DNA from: Haliotis rubra
Lineage: Eukaryota
Reading direction: 5' to 3'
Length of the DNA stretch: 64,000 nucleotides
Assembly (NCBI RefSeq): GCF_003918875.1
Contig: NW_025764891.1
Location: 8,742,001 to 8,806,000, forward strand
The notes beneath the pieces were generated by a model. It did not search any database, was not told where the DNA came from, and worked only from the letters and a program-made list of their open reading frames with translations. This document shows, piece by piece, positions 12,873-24,384 of this stretch; within the stretch, counting starts at the first letter, position 1; every line of letters starts with the position of its first letter. A program made the translations under genes and the position numbers.

Positions 12873-13125
12873 ACCCGTGAAGATCCGGGTTAGAATATTG
12901 ATCTTCAGTAACCCATGCTTGTCATAAGAGGCGACTAACGGGATCGGGTGGTCAGACTAGCTGACTTGGTTGACACATGTCAACAGTTCCCAGTTGTGTA
13001 GATCGATGCTCATGCTGTTGATCACTGATTGTCTGCTCCAGACTTCGATTATTTACAGACCACCGCCATGTAGCTGGAATATTGCTGCGTGAAACTAAAC
13101 TCTCTCACTCACTCACTCACTCACT
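12873..13125 (+). mobile_element. SINE-like family B (about 240 bp, no tRNA A box). Plus copies also at about 30553-30787, 32017-32235, 39996-40222
   Basis: Dispersed repeat starting acccgtgaagatccgggttagaa. It contains gtcgtaagaggcgactaa (resembles the Nin domain, from memory) and ends in gctggaatattgct...(actc)n, a tail shared with family A. Confidence 0.85.
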
Positions 13126-13520
13126 AGCTCCTATGGATGGATGACACCCCACGTTATACATAACACGGAATAAAGGCCAAGTAAAATATATAATGTATAA
13201 GCATTGCTCCTGACGTGGAACATCAAACTGAAACATTCAATGTTTCCAAGGTGCGTATGTAAAAATGAAGTAACCAGGGTGAGAGTAGAGGCATTTGTAT
13301 ACCAGTAGCATGTCCGGAAAGACAAGGGAGACCACTCTTTTCTCACTTATAGGTAGTCAAAATAGTTTTATGCCACTTAACACAATATTCATGCGATATG
13401 ACTTGGGGACACCAGAAATTGGATTTACGGATTGTACCGATGTTGGGAATCAAACCTGAGCCTTATGCATGTAAAGCTAACGCTGTAACAACTAAGCTAC
13501 CCCATTGCCCTCTCTGTGAT

Positions 13521-13691
13521 TGGGGTGGTAGGGTAGCCTAGTGGTTAAAGCGTTGGCTCGTCACGCCGCAGACCCGGGTTCAAATCCCCACATGGGTACA
13601 ATGTGTGAAGCCCATTTCTGGTGTCCCCCGCCATGATGTTGCTGGAATATTGCTAAAAGCGGCGTAAAACCAAACTCAGTCAGTCAGTCAG
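13521..13691 (+). mobile_element. SINE family A
   Basis: Same body; (agtc)n tail; TSD tctctgtga. A degenerate inverted copy lies immediately upstream (about 13361-13510). Confidence 0.9.
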
Positions 13692-14560
13692 TCTCTGTGA
13701 CTGATGCCACCATTATCAGTACATTAAGGATTTGTAGTCACTAAATTGTTCATTCAGCACGGAGGAATGTAATGTATGTATATGTTACGTGTTGATTCCC
13801 TATTTGAAATGCAGAGTTTTAACCCAGAAATCAGTACAGACAGAACAAAATTGTAAAATCAATAAATATCCGCACAAGATCAAGGAACAACTTAACAAAG
13901 TATATTGAAACATGCAATATTTGGTGTTCAGTCGTAACAGGTAATGCTGCGGTTCAAATATCCATTAACAGCAATAAATAACAGGCCCATAACATGCCTC
14001 ACAAATGCCCTGTATGGTGTGTCTTGAATGAGGCATTTGTTCCATTCTCAGTGTTGCAAGCAGGTAGAAAGTCGATGTTTTCTGATAAGGATCCTGACAC
14101 CCTGGGCAAGTTGCAGGCAGGTCATCTGGTACACCTAGTCTTCCAGAAACTAGTACATCACATTATCTTGAACAAATAGTCAGGCCAAGAAGTCATTAAC
14201 TGTACAACAGAACTTTCAGTACAGCTCACAAGACTGTTATGAAGGTATTAAACACTGCACACCTAAGGGAGGTCACTCCAATTAGCTAACATGAAAAAAT
14301 AGCCACTAAAAGCTTCATCATTTATGAGCACCTCAGTCTTGCTATTTCATCGTGATTCGTGAACACATGCTACATTTTTATGTTTACTTTTTCATCACAC
14401 ACTGGCATAAATATTAGTCAGATTATTGACGGATCATGAGTTAACAATTACATCAATATATCTGAATTATATGATTCATGTTTTTATAATCAGATAATGT
14501 TTTAGATCATCAATAAAGCCTGACCTTGCTGTAAGTTAATATTTCAACCTTTGTTTCCAG

Positions 14561-14749
14561 CGGTTGCACAAGTTGAAGATCACTCCCCGTGACTGGATAC
14601 CAGGGTCGGACCACACAGACCATGAGAACACAGCAAATCTGCCGGAGTACGTAATCTGCAGCCCCGACCGACATCGGCCCTCTACGGCACTTGCACTGCT
14701 TACAGCCAACCTCTACCTTCCCAACATTGCCGACATCATGGCAGCTGAG
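14561..14749 (+). CDS. Candidate upstream (N-terminal or 5'UTR/start) exon of the SLC6 gene
   Basis: GC-rich non-repetitive island bounded by ctttgtttccag| and GAG|gtgagt. 189 bp, open in phase 0 (RLHKLKITPRDW...NIADIMAAE). ATG in gacatcATGG context near the end. Phase matches the 52820 acceptor. No homology recognised. Confidence 0.6.
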
Positions 14750-14917
14750 GTGAGTGTTCATATGTCCAGTTGATCCTGTGTTTTGTGAAACATGTGAAAA
14801 CACCTCTGTAAGGAATAGTTTATGTGTAAACATTGATTGGTTGGATTTGAACTCATTTGCATTTTCTTAATTCTATTGCTGACTGGAGGTAGAAGTTTAA
14901 AGAAGACTGTGAGGGAA

Positions 14918-15055
14918 TTTAGTTTTACGCGGTTTGTAGCAATATTGCAGCAATATCACGGTGGGGACACCAGAAATGGGCTTCACACATTGTGCCCATG
15001 TGGGGAATCGAACCCAGGTCTTCAGCACATTAACACTAGGCTATCCCACCACCCC
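14918..15055 (-). mobile_element. SINE family A (other minus-strand copies at about 23745-23900, 28295-28420, 31595-31760, 41600-41760, 48725-48892)
   Basis: Reverse complement of the family A consensus (ggggacaccagaaatgggcttcacacattg..cccatgtggggaatcgaacc). Confidence 0.85.
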
Positions 15056-15119
15056 AAAGAAGACCTTGAGGGCAAGCCTGGAACTTGTCAGCAGGTTGAT
15101 TCCCAGGAGTAGCAAGAAC

Positions 15120-15830
15120 ATATTGCAATTGAGGGCAAACATTTTGTATTGCCACTAGGGCAAACATATGGTATTGCCAATAAAGGGAGCCATAATGTAT
15201 TGCCATTGAGGGCAAACATGTTGTATTGCCACTAAGCATAACCATGTTGTATTGCCATTGTGGGCAAACATGTGTTGTTGCCAGTGAAGGGAGCCATGTT
15301 GTATTGCCAATGAAGGGAGCCAAGATGTATCGCCATTGTGGGCAAACATGTGGTATTGTCAGTGAAGGGAAACATGTTGTATTGCCAATGAAGGGAGCCA
15401 AATTGTATCGCCATTGTGGGCAGACATGTGTTGTTGATAGTGAAGGGAGCCATGTTGTATTGCCAATGAAGGGAGCCAAGTTGTATCGCCATTGTGGGCA
15501 AACATGTGGTATTGTCAGTGAAGGGAAACATGTTGTATTGCCAATGAAGGGAGCCAAATTGTATCGCCATTGTGGCAGACAGACATGTGTTGTTGATAGT
15601 GAAGGGAGCCATGTTGTATTGCCAATGAAGGGAGCCAAGTTGTATTGCCATTGTGGGCAAACATGTGGTATTGTCAGTGAAGGGAAACATGTTGTATTGC
15701 CAATGAAGGGAGCCAAATTGTATCGCCATTGTGGGCAGACATGTGTTGTTGATAGTGAAGGGAGCCATGTTGTATTGCCAATGAAGGGAGCCAAGTTGTA
15801 TTGCCAGTGAAGGTAGCCAAACAATGTTTT
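15120..15830. repeat. Hierarchical minisatellite (about 26 bp > 78 bp > 156 bp)
   Basis: Three related ggg..cat.t.gtattgcca subunits form a 78-bp unit, and two 78-bp variants alternate. Confidence 0.92.
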
Positions 15831-16823
15831 ACTGTCATGTTCTATTGCTGAGAGTAAAAGTGCATCTTGTATTGCCAATTAGAGCAAATGTGTTTTTTGC
15901 CCATGGGGCCTACCTATGTTGTATTTGCATTGTTGGCAGGATTACCTTTGAGGATAAGCATGCATTAATACCAATGTGTGCAAATATGTTGGATGTAACA
16001 GACAGTTTTGTGTCGGATTTATGACAGTTGCTCTTGGTGTCACCATCAAACATTCATAAGCCTCTATACAGGCACAAGACTTCACACAGATATATGCTCA
16101 TTATTAATTCAAATGAGGGATAAATGTGCAGTCAAACTGTGCTTGCAGTCAATTTTCAAAATCCAGGATGACTTTGGTGAAGTTGTATTCACCAGAGTGT
16201 AACATAATAAAAATACATTGGTTGATCAAACTTGCATATATCTACTGAGCTCCATCAGTGTGTTATTTTGGTTGGTAGTCTCTGATAACATCTGATCAGC
16301 TAATTGGCTTCATTTATAGATTCAAACATGAAGTAGGTTCCATTTATGGCTGAGTCTGAGTCGGGTTAAATAATGGTCATTACTGTTACCCAGTCAGTGC
16401 TTTATAAGGTGGGGCAGCAGCGGGGGTAGCCTAGTAGTTAAAGCATTAGCTTGGAATGCCAAAGGCCCAGGTTCAATTCCCCTCATGGGTATAATGTGTG
16501 AAGCCCATTTCTGTTGTCTCCTGCCGTGATTTTGCTGGAATATTGCTAAAAGCGGCGTAAAACCATATCCAATCACTTTATGAGGGATAAAACTAGGAGT
16601 GCTTGTCTTGGATTCAGTACTCCTGTTTGAGCTAGATCCATGCTTCCTGCACCAGTGGGCTGGCACTATAAACCCAGCATCAGTCTGGACTGGTACAAGG
16701 AGATACATATACAAGCATGCACATGGCTATTTTAGTGTGATAATCCTGAACATAACATTTAACCCTGTTTCACCTATTGTAATAGAATAATTTTTGTAAG
16801 TTACCTTCAGGAACACAAAACAA

Positions 16824-16885
16824 TGATACAGCAATACAGAGATGCTAAGATACAGCAATACAGAGATGCTAAGATACAGCAATAC
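16824..16885. repeat. 24-bp tandem repeat (about 2.5 copies)
   Basis: gatacagcaatacagagatgctaa repeated. Confidence 0.85.
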
Positions 16886-17985
16886 AGAGATGCTAAGATA
16901 CCAGATATATGTAACACTCAATCTGCTTCCTATTCCTGTTGTCCGTCCCATAATCCCTGAACCAAATTATTTTCCCATCAACCCAGTCCTTCCTGCAATG
17001 CCAAAGCCCTAAATGAAGAAAGTGGACAATTCCTTAGGTCCATGTTATGAATTTCCCATCTCACTGGGGCTCCTTTTCAATTTAAATGGGATTACTTGTT
17101 GCTTACAAAATTATATACCGTTATATTTGAAGACAAAACGTTAGTCTGCTGTTCCTGAATCAACTCAGTACGAGCTACTTTTGTTGTACTTGTGTGTTGA
17201 GATTATTGTTCGACCTTGAGCCATGTTTGACATTGAGGAGAGGATGGAGAAGTGTGCTGTATTACATCCCTGTGTGAGATTTAATGTCATTTTGTTATGG
17301 AATTATTGATTACATAACTGGCAAAGTCTGCTCTCACCGGAGGAGACTGCTTCCTTTAGTAATGACGTTATTAATCATACACCTCGTCCAATGACAATGT
17401 GTATTTAAGTAGTGAGCAGGTGTGATTATTTGGGAAGAAAGGTGGAGGTAATTACACCAAGTCTCATGCAGCTGTTAGGTTTGGAAACATATAATTGATT
17501 GTTTTCATACAGGTGTACAAACCCTTGGTCTTGTAATTGTAACAGTCATAAATATTCTAAAGCCTGTGATGGGATTTAAACCATTGACCTTTGATCTGAC
17601 GTCTGACACCATGTTCAGGTGACCAAAATGTTTAATTCTGGCAGCAAGCTGTAAAGGTATATATGGATGTCATTTGTGGGAAGATTCCACACCTTGGTAC
17701 ATAGTGACCAGGGTTTTACCTCCACTCACAAATATGGGGTCCCTAATTATTAGTTTTAAGGACCCTTGCAGGCAATCCTGTGAAGTATCGGTGCAGAGCA
17801 CTGTATGTTTTGGTAATTATACCCCCGCTACGAAGTAACGGGGGTATATAGCGTTCATTCTGTCCGTCCGTCCCGAAACTTTGTCTGGAGCATATCTCTT
17901 AAAGTTTACATGCTAGGTTCACCAAACTTCACACACATGTTAATCATTACCCATTGATGTGCCTTTTGCTATTTTAAATTTTAAA

Positions 17986-18250
17986 TGTGTGCAACATGAG
18001 AGTCAGTAACATTCTTTACCAACGTCCACTTTATTGTGTGCAACACGAGTCAGTGACATTCTTCATTTACGTTCACTTCATTGTGTGCAACATGAGAGTC
18101 AGTAACATTCTTCACCAACATCCACTTTATTGTGTGCAACACAAGTCAGTGACATTCTTCATCTATGTCCACTTCATTGTGTGCAACATGAGAGTCAGTA
18201 ACAATCTTCACCAACGTCCACTTTATTGTGTGCAACATGAGACAGTCAAG
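17986..18250. repeat. Tandem repeat, alternating 49/47-bp units (96-bp dimer), inside the HINE
   Basis: tgtgtgcaaca recurs at about 17986, 18035, 18082, 18131, 18178, 18227. Confidence 0.85.
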
Positions 18251-18321
18251 TTCAGTTGTATGTCAGGTTTCAACGGGAAAAAAAAAAAAAAAATGTTTCC
18301 ATAAATTATTACTGTAATCAG

Positions 18322-19845
18322 TACATGGCAAAACTATTATGTAACATGTATATAAAGTTTAGTAGATCCCAGTTGATAAGTGCAATAACAATGTCAAAGG
18401 TACATATAAACTTTAATGGAGGGATCATAAGACCATAACAAGTCGGGAGAATTTCAACTGAAAAGTCAATCACACTGACGTCACGAGTCCACAAGCGGGA
18501 CAGGGGTGAAACGACCATGTCACAAGCTCAATAACGGGTATGTCCACCATCGGCATTGAGAACAGCAGTGCATCGACGACGCATAGAGCCTATCAAACAT
18601 GCAAGGAAGGCCTGTGGGATGTCACGCCAGATTCTCTCAAGTTCTGTTGCAAGGTCAAGGACGTTATCTGGCGGATGAGGAAGACGGCGTCGACGTCGAT
18701 CCATCTAGTCCCAAACATGCTCTATCGGGAGAGATCCGGTGAATTTGCAGGCCAAGGCAGTAAGTCAAGCGTTGTGGTGTTGCAAGAAATCCATAGCAAC
18801 CCTTGCCGTATGAGGGCAGGCATTGTCCTGTTGGAATGTTAACCCAGGGCCATGACGTTGCAGAAAAGGAATTGTCACAGGTCGAAGAATCTGATCCCTG
18901 TAGCCCACACCAGATAAGTTGCCCTGAACAATCACCAAAGGAGTTCTCTGGCGTGCTGTTATTCCACCCCAAATCATCACGGAACCACCACCAAAGCGAT
19001 TCCTCTCCAAGACACAGGCCTGTGCATAACGTTCTCCCATGCGTCTATAGGCACGTTGACGTCCATAACTATGGGAAATGTTAAACCTGGACTCATCTGT
19101 AAAAACAACATTTCTCCACTAAAACAAAGGTCTGCGGACATGATTTCGGCACCACATTCGGGCGAGCTTGTCGATGGCGTTGTATCAGGATAGGCCGTAT
19201 GGCGGGACGCGATGTGGTCTGATCCGTGATGACGTAAGCGTTGTCTAACTGTGTTGGGATGGATCTGGCGAAGTCCTGGGATGGTTCGGGCAGTCATCAC
19301 TGCAGTCTGAAACCTATGGCGAAGATGGGTCACCCTTATCCATATATCCTGTCTTGGCGTTGTTGTTACAACGCGGACGTCCAGAACGTGGCCGATCGAT
19401 GATGTCATTTGTGTTCTGGTAGCGTCTCACCAGTGCAGAAATGGTGTTCCAGTGGCAGTGGAAATGTGCAGCCAATTGTCGTTGAGACATTCCCCCACAG
19501 ACCATCCCAATGGCCTCATGACGTTGTGCAGATGTGAGCCTTGGCATGCTATGCGTTTCAATAGCCGTATAATTTTTTGAAAGATCGCAAGGGCAGGGGT
19601 TGAGCTTTCCAAAGTGACAGTATTGTGTGGCATTCATTTGCTCTGTTTCTCTTTCCCGGAATGCACGTGCAACAACGTATTGCACGTCTCAAGGATGAAC
19701 CCACTGACGTCACGGAACGTGGCACGTGCATGCATGTGGGATACATGTCACTAATCTCTGAGTTTAAATCCTTATGTGTCTACACAGGTTTGATAAATTT
19801 AGATTTTAAATTTTTGTATGCACAGTTTCTTTATGTGCCTAGTAT
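18322..19845 (-). mobile_element. Tc1 transposon, decayed; TIRs degenerate
   Basis: Surrounds the transposase. Right end ...gtttctttatgtgcctagTATATA; left end tacatggcaaaac is only a loose match, so that boundary is uncertain. Confidence 0.7.
18528..19547 (-). pseudogene. Tc1-family (DD34E) transposase, frameshifted and interrupted by stops
   Basis: Stitched frames give MPRLTSAQRHEAIGM..HTH..DRPRSGRPR / FTDESRF / GGGSVMIWGGI / FQQDNACPH / WPANSPDLSPIEHVWD / GGHTRY*. 34 residues separate the second D and the E after repairing two 1-nt frameshifts. Confidence 0.92.
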
Positions 19846-22800
19846 ATATATCAATATCAGTCATTTCCATGTCCCAAAGTGGGAAGCGGGGGTATGTGAG
19901 CTGTGCTCACTTCTACACTTGTTTCTTTAGAGCCAGGAATGAATCATTGATCATGTGGACTGATGGGTGAAATGATGGAAGTAACTGCTCTGAAAGAAAT
20001 GATCAAACACTTAGAAAAGTCATAAATGTGTTGTGGCTACAGTGAATAATATTGGACGCCGTGAAGTATTTTTCTCTACATTTGTGCGTACTGGATGCCC
20101 ATTTGAGCATCGCGTAAAACCCTGACTCCCCATTGACAGAAGGCATGTCCCATGCCTCGTAGTTGGGTGCGGAGACTGATGTTGCTCAAATTCTATAAGC
20201 AGATACTCAGCCACATGTTTGACACCAATGCAGAGGTCTTAAAATGTCCAGTTCTTGTCTGGGATTAAACACAAGCAAAGCCCACAAGACCGCAGTGTTC
20301 AACCCAATCAGCCGGCTGACAATTTACAGATGTCATCTATGAGATGACACCATGCTATGCTACTCATTGTTAATACCTACTCTATAGTGTCAAGGGTCTG
20401 GTAACATTGATTAACCGATTGGGAACCTTCAGGATGGGAGGTACGGAGTGGGCAGACGGTCATCTAAGGCACCACAATTTGCTGGACAGTTCCTACAGCC
20501 TATTATAGATTTCCAAACCAGATTAGCCTTTACTTTCGTTAAAGGTTTGTCTGTACTAACATGCCCATGTTTGTGTGTTTGCCAGCGTAGTATATGTCCA
20601 ATACCTACACTCACTTGCTTGTTCTCTCTCATGCTCGTACTGAAATTGATTGTACAAAAGTTGCAAATTTATGGACTTGAGTGAATGTTCATGAAATGGC
20701 GAAATCATGAGAGTCTTTTCATTTCACTCCAGAATCAACAGATTTCAGACTTAAAACATGAATATGGTTTATATATAATTTCTATTTAACTTTGCTAAAT
20801 AAGCTATAGTTGTGTCAGTTATTGGCACAAAATACAGTTTCAGAATGTGGAGTGAAATCCTTTCTCAGAGTCAGTTGTAACAACAATAGCGTGACGTCAC
20901 CATAGTACATGTTCAATAGACGTTAATACCATTAGTGGAAGCATCTGTTTCTATACAGTTGTACAGATCTATATTAATCCTTGTGAAAAAAGTTTCACTT
21001 GTGGATATGCCTTAATACTAAATATTACCTGGCAAACATACCTTGCCAACCTTTAAAACATTTTTGAGGGGATCAAGTTGTTGCCGAAGGCGAGAAACAA
21101 ATTTGATGTTTTATTGCTATGACAACCAACAATGTTGTAAGGGTGTTTTCCTGTCCGTAATTAGCTTTTTCTCCACTTTGTTTGAAGTAGTTCCTGTGAT
21201 GTTGTAGGCAAAGGAAAAATCCAGTCATAAACACATGTTATATAAATGTCTAAGATTTGAAGTTAATCAGAGCTAGATGTAATTCCATTGGTGCCAGGGC
21301 ATTAGCATGTTCTTGTGTAGATTAGTGCAAGCTCAATATGCAGGCTTCAGACAACACTCATCATTTTAACCTTCATGGCCATTTGCATGGATCAACATTT
21401 GCTCCAGCCCTGTCTCCTATAAGCCCTTACCTAACAGTAAATAGGTTGATGCCGTGCTGCTCACAGCAATATTTGATCTATTTGTTGATAGACTGTAAAT
21501 AATGGTTGGTTAGTTTGTTATTTAACACCGCACTCAGCAATATTTCAGATATATGGCAGCGGTCTGTAAATAATCAAGTCTGAACCAGACAATCCAGTGA
21601 TCAACATCATGCGCATCAATCTACGCAATTGGGATACGAAGTCAGTGAACCTAACACTCGTTCCCGTTAGTCACCTCTTACGACAACATGGGTTGCTGAA
21701 GACCAGTTCTAACCCGAATGTTCACTGGTTGTATATAGTGGAGTCTGGACCAGACATTCCAGTGATCAATGCTGTGCTACAGTAATTGAAGCCATTGATG
21801 ACATACTATCAATGAAGTGGCTGAGTCTCAACACCTGGTCCATAATGTTCAGCACTGGTTGCTAGGCAGCAAGTCTAACATCCCCACATCCGCGCTTTCC
21901 CACATCCCCACAATGTGTAAACAATAGGTGATATTTGGAAAGTAAGCAAAGTCTGTGAAACATATATGTAGTTCCAACATGTAAGAAATGTTTGATAGGT
22001 CATCTTTATATTTTTATGTGTTTTTCATCTCCAACTTTAACTAACAAGAGAGCAGATGTGTTAAAAAGCAATGAAAATACATTTTTTTCACTAATTGTTT
22101 AGCTTATTGTAAAAATTAAAAATGTATATGACTTGATAATAGTCTTTAAAATAATTATGATGTAATCAAAACTTAATTTTTATTAATGTAGATGATGAAA
22201 GGTCAAGCTGACCTGGTTTTGTTATGAGTGTGGAAGGGTAAGACTATATTTGTATCGCGATAGGGCATACATTTCTACAGTGGTAGGGAAAATTGTGATA
22301 AACTACTTTTTATTATTTCAATTCAGAATGAAAATTCTGGGTGGGCAGGAGATGGAAACCACAGAAGCAGTATGGATAGCCTTATAGACATGAAAGTGTG
22401 ATTACAATTATGAGATGTTGAGATTGGTAAACTACTGGTTTCAAAAGGAGAAGGACTCAGTTTAAAAGGACATTCAATATTGAAAAAAGAACATATTGAA
22501 AGTCATATGTTTGATAATAATTTGATAGTGGCCATGACCCATGATTTAGAAACATAAATCCCAAATACTTCTTTAGCCGATCAAATGTAACAGAATCACT
22601 TGCAACTGATATATTTGAGGACAATAAATAATCCCTATTTGGGAAAACTATGTACATTGGGCAGTAAAAAGCTGGATCAATATGCTGTATAGGTTATTGG
22701 GGCCAGGATTTTACAAGCTTGTCAATGTAATGTTGAAAGGGAATAGGATTTTGTTACCATATTAATTGTATTTCCCATCATGCATGTTGTAAACACAGCG

Positions 22801-22994
22801 ATCAATATGGCGTGTGGCTTTCTCATGCAACCCTGTCAATTACAAGCTATTGTATACCACTAAAACTACCCTGTCTGACTGCCTCGGACGTAAACCACAT
22901 TGATTTCTGGTCTTTCTTATTTTTGTTTACATATTTAGGTATATAAGGCAGCCTTTTACATTTTTTTTTTCAACATCTTTTGTGGGTTATGGGG

Positions 22995-23234
22995 TGAGTG
23001 AGTTTAGTTTTACGCCTCACCTAGCAATATTCCAGCTATATGGTGGCGGTCTGTAAATAATCGAGTCTGGACCAGACAATCCAGTGATCAACAGCATGAG
23101 CATCGTTCTGCGCAATGGGGAACCGATGGCATATGTCAACCAAGTCAGCAAGTCTGACCACCCGATCCCGTTAGTCGCCTCTTATGACAAGCATCGGTTA
23201 CTGAAAATCAGTTCTAACCCGGACCTTCACGAGT
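22995..23234 (-). mobile_element. SINE-like family B (other minus copies at about 21510-21728, 27564-27801, 42345-42556, 45565-45790, 57962-58189)
   Basis: Reverse complement of the family B consensus. Confidence 0.85.
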
Positions 23235-23340
23235 ATTGTGGGTTATGGGTAACACCAAATGGTACTTTGAATGTATGAAACCCTGTTCAATGTGACAGAT
23301 GTAGGAAATCATTGTTTCCCCCGTCAGTGGGACCAGGGAC

Positions 23341-23661
23341 CTGGGTGCCATTGTACAAAGCTATGTTAGCGCTAAGGTGACCGTAAGTCACATACCTTAA
23401 CACAGACTTACAACAGCCTTAGAGCTACGGTTGCTTTGTACAATGGCACCAGGGCCTAGATTTTCGAAGCTATCTTAGCGTTAAGATAGTCGTACGTTAA
23501 TGTTATTGTATGGCACTTACGACTATCTTAGCGCTAAGAGAGCTTCGAAAATCTAGGCCCAGTTCCTTAAAGTGATCTTAGCACTATGACTGTCAGAGTC
23601 TATGCTACAGTATGGGAGTTACAGCTGTCTTAGTGATAAGTTTGTTTTGTGGAACAGGGCC
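23341..23661. mobile_element. Three abutting ~110-bp hairpin MITEs (Harbinger/Tourist-like)
   Basis: ggtgccattgtacaaagc...gctttgtacaatggcacc; ggcctagattttcgaagc...gcttcgaaaatctaggcc; gttcc...ggaac. CAG/CTG at junctions and a shared cttagcgctaag core. Confidence 0.75.
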
Positions 23662-24384
23662 ATGTCACCTACTTAGGGATTAGAGCTCAATTCGACCAAG
23701 GAATCTTAGAGCTGTGACAGTCCTAAATAGTTAGCTGATTAGTTAGTTTAGTTTTACACCGCTTTTAGCAATATTCCAGCAATATCATGGCAGGGGACAC
23801 CAAAAATGGGCTTCAGACATTGATCCCATGTGGGGAATCAAACCTGAGTCTTCAGCGTGACAAGCGAACGCTTTAACCACTGGGCTACCCCACCACCCCA
23901 CTGACATAAGTCTCTGTTGAAGTATGGACTTTTACCTGTAAAGCTATGTAGGTTAGTATGAAATTATGACTATCATGTGTTTTGTGTTAAGATGTTAAGT
24001 ATTTTGTCTTTGTCTTGACTTGACATAATGTGTTTTGTTAGGAGACGTAACTGTTTGTGTCTCTTGGTGCACAAGCCAATTCAGTTCATATAATCCCCTA
24101 TTCCAGACTACGGACACATGCAACTCATATTCTAAGATGCCTGGCTGAAAGATCAAAAGTGATGACTGTACTTTATCACAAGTGAAAAACATTTGCTGAT
24201 TAACTTGGTAATAGGCTGACATTATGATGCTGTTCAAATTGTTTGCAAACATCAATATCCTATGCCGTCAGAGGGACTCTCAAACTCTCTGCTGTGATTC
24301 TCTGTTTGCTTGCTTGTCTTGCCTACCTGTGAAGCTAATTGTTGGTGTCCAGAATAGTGATGGATTATAGTAAAGTTATAAACA

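Larger units (their letters stand above)
17817..19925 (+). mobile_element. Helentron-associated non-autonomous element (HINE/DINE-1-like), interrupted by the Tc1
   Basis: 5' ttatacccccgc...cgggggtata hairpin, (gtcc)n microsatellite, internal tandem repeat, then 3' subterminal inverted repeat gcgggggtat, stem-loop gtgagc-tgt-gctcac and T-rich end. This is DINE-1/HINE architecture. Confidence 0.75.

Noticed and set aside
15036-15878. Cys/His-rich repeat ORFs (HCGQTC) resembling zinc fingers
   Set aside because: Translation of a 78-bp tandem repeat that is open on both strands; spacing does not fit C2H2 or CCHC fingers.
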